The notes below the pieces were generated by a model that saw nothing but the letters and a program-made list of their open reading frames with translations, did not search any database and was not told the DNA's origin. Positions 58,676 to 64,000 of a stretch of DNA of 64,000 nt are shown here, one piece after another; the first letter of the stretch is position 1; each line of letters opens with the position of its first letter. The stretch covers positions 121,598-185,597 of the forward strand of contig CAMPYH010000002.1 in the NCBI GenBank assembly GCA_946998225.1, written 5' to 3'. Origin of the DNA: an uncultured Clostridiaceae bacterium (lineage in GTDB: Bacteria > Bacillota > Clostridia > TANB77 > CAG-508). The position numbers and the translations under genes are program-made.

Positions 58676-59032
58676 TGGTGGAGACGAGGAGACTCGAACT
58701 CCTGTCCAAAAGTAAAGACATTAGCTTTCTCCGAGTGCAGTATATTTTGAAATTTCAAATTTATTCTTAAAATATACAAAATGAATAAATTCTAACTTAT
58801 ATTTACTAAATTAAAGATATAAGTTTCTCTTTAATTAGTCTTCTTTTAGGTTCAAGATAATAAAACGAAAGAAGACACGTTTTAAAATCTTTCTTACGAC
58901 TTACAAATTAAGCTGCGTAAGCAAATTCATTTTGTTCTGCATTTATATGCTTTGTGTATTTTTAAAGTGGCCTCACCCCACTACTCGCTTTTCTAATCTC
59001 TAAAACACTTTTGTCGAAACCAAAACGTCCCC
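58676..59032 (-). ncRNA. ssrA: tmRNA (SsrA), 357 nt
   Basis: 5' end is GGGGACGUUUUGGUUUCGACA. 3' end is GGAGUUCGAGUCUCCUCGUCUCCACCA. The acceptor stem has the G3-U wobble. The tag ORF is GCA GAA CAA AAT GAA TTT GCT TAC GCA GCT TAA (58940-58908), encoding AEQNEFAYAA. Confidence 0.9.
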
Positions 59033-59040
59033 ATATTTGA

Positions 59041-59064
59041 AATAAAGCTCTTACGAGCTTTATT
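59041..59064 (-). terminator. Hairpin between the rpmF stop and the ssrA 5' end
   Basis: 10-bp stem AATAAAGCTC / GAGCTTTATT with loop TTAC. There is no clean U-tract on the minus strand. It ends 8 nt before the tmRNA 5' end. Confidence 0.45.
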
Positions 59065-59247
59065 TTATTTTTTCATTTCTTTAACTTCTTTATTATCATA
59101 ATATCCACAACTATCACACATTCTATGTTGAACCATTAGTTCTCCGCAATGTGGACATTTAACTAAGTTTTTTGAATCTATTGTCCATGCTGAATTTCTT
59201 CTTAAAGCTGATCTTCTTTTTGATTGTCTTCTTTTTGGTACTGCCAT
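59065..59247 (-). CDS. rpmF: 50S ribosomal protein L32 (zinc-ribbon form)
   Basis: MAVPKRRQSKRR...CPHCGE...CDSCG. Confidence 0.93.
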   Translation of the reverse strand: MAVPKRRQSKRRSALRRNSAWTIDSKNLVKCPHCGELMVQHRMCDSCGYYDNKEVKEMKK

Positions 59248-59320
59248 TTTATCTCCCTCTTCTTAATTTACAATTTTAAAATATATAAGCACATCAATGT
59301 GTGCCTGTTAATTCATAATA

Positions 59321-59349
59321 ATTTTACATTCTTTTAGTTTTTTTGTCAA
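59321..59349 (-). promoter_or_regulatory. Sigma-A promoter of rpmF (and probably ssrA)
   Basis: Minus strand has TTGACA (59349-59344), a 17-nt spacer, then TAAAAT (59326-59321). Confidence 0.65.
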
Positions 59350-59368
59350 ATAGTAAAGCACACTTTTT

Positions 59369-60559
59369 CTATTTTACCACCTTTACATCACTTAAAAGAC
59401 TTGTTAATATCTTTGAATATTTATTAAAATATACATCTTTGCCTGGTAAATCATTATTTGTTAACTTATCAAAAGGTATAAGTTTAAACTTATTAGATTT
59501 TTTAGTAAACATAAGTTTAGTCTCTATATTATCTACTGTAAGTTCTCCTTTTTTAAGTTTAATATCCATTGATGTAAGTCCACCTATTAAATTATCTGTT
59601 GGAAATTGTGAACTTATGAAATTTCCCATAGAATAAACTACAACAGTTTTATTTATTCTCTCTATTGGTTGAATAATATGTGAGTGATTTCCTAAAATTA
59701 TATCTACACCCATTTCTGAAAGTTCTTTTGCAATCTTCTTTTGATTTGGAGATATATCACTTCTGTTTTCCCATCCCCAATGTATTGCTACAATTACTAC
59801 GTCTACCTTATCTCTTACTCTTTCAATTTGCTTTTTAGCTCTTTCTTTAGAATAAATATTTACCTCATATGGACGTTTTGGATATAGCCCATTTGAAAGT
59901 GCTTCTTCTCTATATGAAAGCATTGTATATTTAATTCCGTTTTTTTCTCTTATATCTATTTTATTTGCTTCTTCTTCTGATGATGCACTACCATGAAACA
60001 TTACTTGATCTTTCTTCTTATTCCAATATCTCATTGAAGCATCTACACCTTTAGATCCTTTGTCTAATGTATGATTGTTTGCAAGTGATACTATATTAAA
60101 ACCTGCATCTATAAATGCATCACCTACTTGTGTTGGTGAACAGAACATTGGATAATTTGAAAGTGGAAGTTCATCACCTGCAAGTATTGTTTCTTGATTA
60201 TAATATGCTAAGTCATGTTTTTGTACTATTGGTTTAATATTTTCTAGCATTGGTTTAAAATCAAATCCACCTTTAACTCTTGCCGCTTCATATACACTAT
60301 TATGTATTAAGCAGTCTCCACCTGCTATTAAGCTAATTTTCTTTTCTCTATTTTCTTCTTCCTCTTTTTTCTTTCGTTCTTCTTCAGCTTTTCTTACCTT
60401 TTCCTCTTGAGCTTGTTTTTGTTTTAAGCTTTCTAATCTTTTATTTTTTCCTTCTTTGTATAAAGTTATTCCATAAAAAGTACCTAGAGAAATAATTATT
60501 AATGTAGTAAATAATATAAACAACTTTTTAAATACATTTTTCTTACCATGTTTTCCCAT
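59369..60559 (-). CDS. CapA/PGA_cap-family metallophosphatase-like protein, membrane anchored
   Basis: N-terminal TM segment and a Lys/Glu coiled region, then GGDCLIH...LANNHTLDKG...IHWGWE...GNHSH motifs. Confidence 0.8.
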   Translation of the reverse strand: MGKHGKKNVFKKLFILFTTLIIISLGTFYGITLYKEGKNKRLESLKQKQAQEEKVRKAEEERKKKEEEENREKKISLIAGGDCLIHNSVYEAARVKGGFDFKPMLENIKPIVQKHDLAYYNQETILAGDELPLSNYPMFCSPTQVGDAFIDAGFNIVSLANNHTLDKGSKGVDASMRYWNKKKDQVMFHGSASSEEEANKIDIREKNGIKYTMLSYREEALSNGLYPKRPYEVNIYSKERAKKQIERVRDKVDVVIVAIHWGWENRSDISPNQKKIAKELSEMGVDIILGNHSHIIQPIERINKTVVVYSMGNFISSQFPTDNLIGGLTSMDIKLKKGELTVDNIETKLMFTKKSNKFKLIPFDKLTNNDLPGKDVYFNKYSKILTSLLSDVKVVK

Positions 60560-60629
60560 ATTTTATTCCTTCCTTATACATATATTTATAGTCTATATAT
60601 AATTATATATTTTTTCTACAACATATTTT

Positions 60630-62432
60630 TTAATCATCTCCAAATTTTAAAACAGATAAAAACGCTTCTTGTGGTACTTCAACATTACCTACTTGTTTCA
60701 TTCTCTTTTTACCCTTTTTTTGTTTTTCAAGAAGTTTTTTCTTTCTAGATATATCACCGCCATAACATTTAGCAAGCACGTCTTTTCTTACAGCTCTTAC
60801 TGTTTCTCTTGCAATTATCTTTCCTCCAATAACTGCTTGTATTGGAACTTCAAATAATTGTCTTGGAATTTCATCTTTTAATTTTTCTGCAATTTTTCTT
60901 CCTCTTGCATATGCACTTTCCTTATGTACTATAAAAGATAAAGCATCAACAACTTCTCCATTTATGTGTATATCTAATTTTACAAGATCTGACTCTACAT
61001 ATCTTCCAAAAGTATAGTTTACTGATGCATAACCTCTTGTTTGTGATTTAATAAAATCAAAGAAATCATAGATTATTTCATTAAGTGGCATCTCATACTC
61101 CACATTAACTCTAGTTTCATCAAGATATGTCATAGATTTATATATTCCTCTTCTATCTTGGCATACTTTCATAACATTACCTATATATTCTGTTGGAATT
61201 ATTATTTCAACATTCATAAGTGGTTCTTCTATTTTTTCTATTTCAACAGGATCTGGTAAATCTGCTGGATTATATAGATTTAAAACATCTCCTTTTTTAG
61301 TATATACCTTGTATATAACTGATGGTGCTGTTGTAATAATTGGTATATTAAATTCTCTTTCAATTCTTTCTATGGTTATCTCTAAATGAAGTAAACCTAA
61401 AAATCCACACCTAAATCCAAATCCTAAAGCTTTTGATGTTTCTGGTTCAAATTCAAATGCCGCATCATTTAATTTTAATTTCTCATTTGCCTCTTTTAAA
61501 GCATTGTAGTCTTCACCATCTATTGGATACATTCCACAATATACCATTGATATACTTGGCTTATATCCTGGAAGTGGTACTATATTTATGTTTTCTTTAT
61601 GTGTTACAGTATCTCCTACTTGTACATCTTTTGCTTCTTTAATACTTGCTGCAAAATATCCTACTTCACCAGCTTTAAGTTCAGTTCCTTCATTTAAGCT
61701 TCCTGCTCTAAATGTTCCAATTTCATTTATTTCAAAAACTTTTCCGCCTTGAATAAATCTAATCTCTTCATCCTTTTTAAGTTTTCCATCCATAACTCTA
61801 ATATATGTTACAACACCTAGATAGTTATCATATTTGGAATCAAAAACTAAAGCCTTTAAAGGAGCATTTACATCTCCTTCTGGTGCAGGTATAATATCTA
61901 CTATTTTATCTAAAACCATTTCCATGTTTTCACCAGTTTTGGCAGATACACATGGTATATCTTCTTCATTTACACCTAAAAGATCTGCTACCTCTTTTTT
62001 TACTTCTTCAGTTCTTGCATTAGGTAGATCTATTTTGTTAATAACAGGTAAAATTTCTAAGTCATTATCTAGTGCTAAATAAAGATTCGCAAGTGTTTGA
62101 GCTTCTATTCCTTGTGATGCATCTACAACTAAAATTGCCCCTTCGCATGCTGCAAGACTTCTACTTACCTCATAATTAAAATCCACATGTCCTGGTGTAT
62201 CTATTAGATTTAAAATATATTTTTTACCATCTTTTACATACTCCATTCTAACAGCTTGAGACTTAACAGTTATTCCTCTTTCTTTTTCTATATCCATATT
62301 ATCTAAAACTTGTTTAGTCATCTCTCTTTTTTCAAGTGAACCTGTCATTTCTATAAGTCTATCTGCAAGTGTAGATTTACCATGATCTATATGTGCAATA
62401 ATGCTAAAATTTCTAATGTTTTCTAGTTTCAT
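60630..62432 (-). CDS. lepA: Elongation factor 4 (LepA)
   Basis: [20 protein letters not shown] and DTPGHVDF motifs, plus the LepA-specific C-terminal domain. Confidence 0.97.
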   Translation of the reverse strand: MKLENIRNFSIIAHIDHGKSTLADRLIEMTGSLEKREMTKQVLDNMDIEKERGITVKSQAVRMEYVKDGKKYILNLIDTPGHVDFNYEVSRSLAACEGAILVVDASQGIEAQTLANLYLALDNDLEILPVINKIDLPNARTEEVKKEVADLLGVNEEDIPCVSAKTGENMEMVLDKIVDIIPAPEGDVNAPLKALVFDSKYDNYLGVVTYIRVMDGKLKKDEEIRFIQGGKVFEINEIGTFRAGSLNEGTELKAGEVGYFAASIKEAKDVQVGDTVTHKENINIVPLPGYKPSISMVYCGMYPIDGEDYNALKEANEKLKLNDAAFEFEPETSKALGFGFRCGFLGLLHLEITIERIEREFNIPIITTAPSVIYKVYTKKGDVLNLYNPADLPDPVEIEKIEEPLMNVEIIIPTEYIGNVMKVCQDRRGIYKSMTYLDETRVNVEYEMPLNEIIYDFFDFIKSQTRGYASVNYTFGRYVESDLVKLDIHINGEVVDALSFIVHKESAYARGRKIAEKLKDEIPRQLFEVPIQAVIGGKIIARETVRAVRKDVLAKCYGGDISRKKKLLEKQKKGKKRMKQVGNVEVPQEAFLSVLKFGDD

Positions 62433-62485
62433 TTATTCCCTTTCTTTTTTTAGATATTATACAATTTTTAACTAAAATACAATAA

Positions 62486-62515
62486 AAGAAGCATTTAAGA
62501 TTTTAAATGCTTCTT
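62486..62515 (-). terminator. Intrinsic terminator right after the surface-protein gene
   Basis: 13-bp stem AAGAAGCATTTAA / TTAAATGCTTCTT with loop GATT and a T-rich tail on the minus strand. Confidence 0.75.
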
Positions 62516-62519
62516 AATA

Positions 62520-63920
62520 CTAATAACCTGTTTTTGGAAGAACTTTATATTTAACTTTCTTAATTTCTTTTTTAGCTTTTCTTTTTTCTCCATTTACTAT
62601 TAATCTATATTCTTTAGTTGGAGCTTCTTCATGTTTTATCTCTTCAGTTATTTTGTAATCTATATCATTTGTGCTAGGTCTAAAACTTTCTTTTCCTATT
62701 ACTTTTTGAGAAGTTTTATTCTTTTCAAAGCTAATCATATTATTTCTTACTACTAAAGTAGTTGTTTCATTAAATTTAAGATCTATATTTATATCTTCTT
62801 CTAATTTTGCATAACCTTCTAGCGTCTTTTCTTCTTTTACAGAATATTTTCCTGGTAATATTTTATCTATAACTATTTCACCTTTAGCATTAGTTTTGAA
62901 AACTTTACTATATCCATGTTCTTTAGAAGATATTCTAAACTTAACACCTTCTAAAGGTTTGTTTATCTCACCATCAAGTTTTACTACCTTTATTTTAGTT
63001 TCATTTGTTAAAGTAATTTCATGTTTAATTTGAATATCTGCATTTATTATGCGTCCTGTATACACATAGTTTTGCAACTTTTCATCATGTGTTTTTCCAT
63101 ATAATACTGGATATGTTTTCATGCTTGCTTTACCTTCTATATTAATCTTATTTACCTTTTTAAGATCTTTTATATCTACTTTTAAATAAAATTCATCTCC
63201 TACTTTGAAAGTTTTTTTGTTTCTTCCATAAATATCTACAATCTTAGCACTCTTAACTCCAGATACTTTTAAGTCAACTTTTCCTTCTCTGGTTCCTTGT
63301 ATAATATATTTTCTTTCAAGAGTTCTATTATTTAAAACAGTCCAGTCTTTACTAACACCTTCTATTTTAACTGCAACATTATTAAAAGTTCTTGTATCTT
63401 TTCTTGCATCAGTTATTATTTGTTTATATGCATTATGTATTCTATTGCTTTTTGCTGATCCATTTGAAGTATAATAATCTAATCCTAAATTATGTTGCAT
63501 TGCCCATACAGCAAATTTTGTAGCATAATATGCTTCTTTTGCATTTTGAACACCAAGCTCTTCTATTGTTTTATATGGATAGCCGTTTATTACCGCTCTA
63601 TATACAGGATCTTCTATATGTCTATTTTGCAAAGTTACTACTTGTGAGTGTATTCCAACACTTCCTACTCCAGGTCTTTCCATATTTATACAATATGCTG
63701 GAAAAAATTCTCCATCTTTTTTAGCTATGACATTCGGACAACCTTGATCTTTTGCCCCTCTTTTTAGTACATAAGGATCATAGCTTTCTCTTAAAATATT
63801 GATTTGTCCAATATCATTATTTGCAAATACTGGTACTACATTTAATATTGTCATAAATAAAAGTATTAAAGACAATATTTTAAAACTTAATCTGTTTTTA
63901 ATTTTTTTGTTATTTTTCAT
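62520..63920 (-). CDS. Secreted surface protein: thioester-domain (TED)-like N-terminal domain, Ig-like middle region, Cna-B/SpaA-type domain, and a C-terminal LPKTG motif
   Basis: Signal peptide ending VFA. TED-like motifs are AYCINMERPG, INGYPYK and ATKFAVW. The Cna-B-like part is VVKLDGEINKPLEGVKFRI...GKYSVKEEKTLEGY. The protein ends ...VLPKTGY then stop. Confidence 0.7.
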   Translation of the reverse strand: MKNNKKIKNRLSFKILSLILLFMTILNVVPVFANNDIGQINILRESYDPYVLKRGAKDQGCPNVIAKKDGEFFPAYCINMERPGVGSVGIHSQVVTLQNRHIEDPVYRAVINGYPYKTIEELGVQNAKEAYYATKFAVWAMQHNLGLDYYTSNGSAKSNRIHNAYKQIITDARKDTRTFNNVAVKIEGVSKDWTVLNNRTLERKYIIQGTREGKVDLKVSGVKSAKIVDIYGRNKKTFKVGDEFYLKVDIKDLKKVNKINIEGKASMKTYPVLYGKTHDEKLQNYVYTGRIINADIQIKHEITLTNETKIKVVKLDGEINKPLEGVKFRISSKEHGYSKVFKTNAKGEIVIDKILPGKYSVKEEKTLEGYAKLEEDINIDLKFNETTTLVVRNNMISFEKNKTSQKVIGKESFRPSTNDIDYKITEEIKHEEAPTKEYRLIVNGEKRKAKKEIKKVKYKVLPKTGY

Positions 63921-63934
63921 TTTTCACCTTTTAA

Positions 63935-64000
63935 TTATTCAACTATATATCCTTTAACTACAAGTCTTTTAGATGGTTTATTCATTACGCAAGTAATTAA
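63935..64000 (-). CDS. 3' end (21 codons) of an unidentified upstream ORF
   Basis: Open minus-strand frame ...LITCVMNKPSKRLVVKGYIVE, ending in TAA at 63937-63935. Too short to classify. Confidence 0.25.
   Translation of the reverse strand, partial: LITCVMNKPSKRLVVKGYIVE

Noticed and set aside
1-64000. Mobile elements, prophage genes, CRISPR arrays, toxin-antitoxin pairs or recognisable defence systems
   Set aside because: I found no transposase, integrase, recombinase, Cas, restriction-modification or toxin-antitoxin signatures in any translated ORF. I saw no long terminal repeats. The small GIY-YIG protein matches the common stand-alone UPF0213/YazA type rather than a homing or defence nuclease.

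Overview
The window is very AT-rich, from a low-GC Gram-positive (Bacillota) genome. PolC, a PASTA Ser/Thr kinase, an LCP ligase and an LPXTG-type surface protein are all present. TGA acts as a stop codon, since RF2 with its TGA frameshift is present. The style of the proteins suggests an anaerobic coccus or Tissierellia-like lineage, but I cannot determine the taxon from sequence alone. Every gene I can support (about 55 CDS, one tRNA, one tmRNA) lies on the minus strand. All plus-strand ORFs in the track look like antisense shadows.

Content is mostly core housekeeping:
- S10 ribosomal operon start (rpsJ-rplC-rplD-rplW)
- tig-clpP-clpX
- glycolysis and fermentation genes (pfkA, pgi, ackA, pta, ldh, and an rpe-fba fusion)
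- uvrB and uvrA
- recO-era-dgkA-ybeY
- the rlmN-prpC-prkC operon
- polC-cdsA-uppS-frr
- greA-metG-prfB
- tRNA-Ser, cobB, ssrA (tmRNA), rpmF, capA-like and lepA

No CRISPR array, transposase, integrase or prophage gene was seen.

The non-ordinary items, in my order of interest:
1. A translationally coupled operon encodes an ABC NBD with all catalytic motifs degenerate, two ABC-2-like permeases, and MltG.
2. A thioester-domain-like surface protein has TKFA in place of the TQxA motif, and its LPKTG motif sits one residue from the stop codon.
3. A self-contained promoter/operator/orphan-gene/terminator unit is wedged between uvrB and uvrA.
4. A continuous Rpe-Fba ORF keeps an internal SD and ATG at the domain junction.
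5. A two-component system, LCP, DUF898-like and MacB-type ABC cluster has an 11-bp-phased direct repeat over the -35 region of the ABC promoter.
6. The S10 leader is structured and carries a terminator.

All calls come from reading the sequence and recalling family motifs. No searches or computations were run. Coordinates of small elements were counted by hand and could be off by a base or two.
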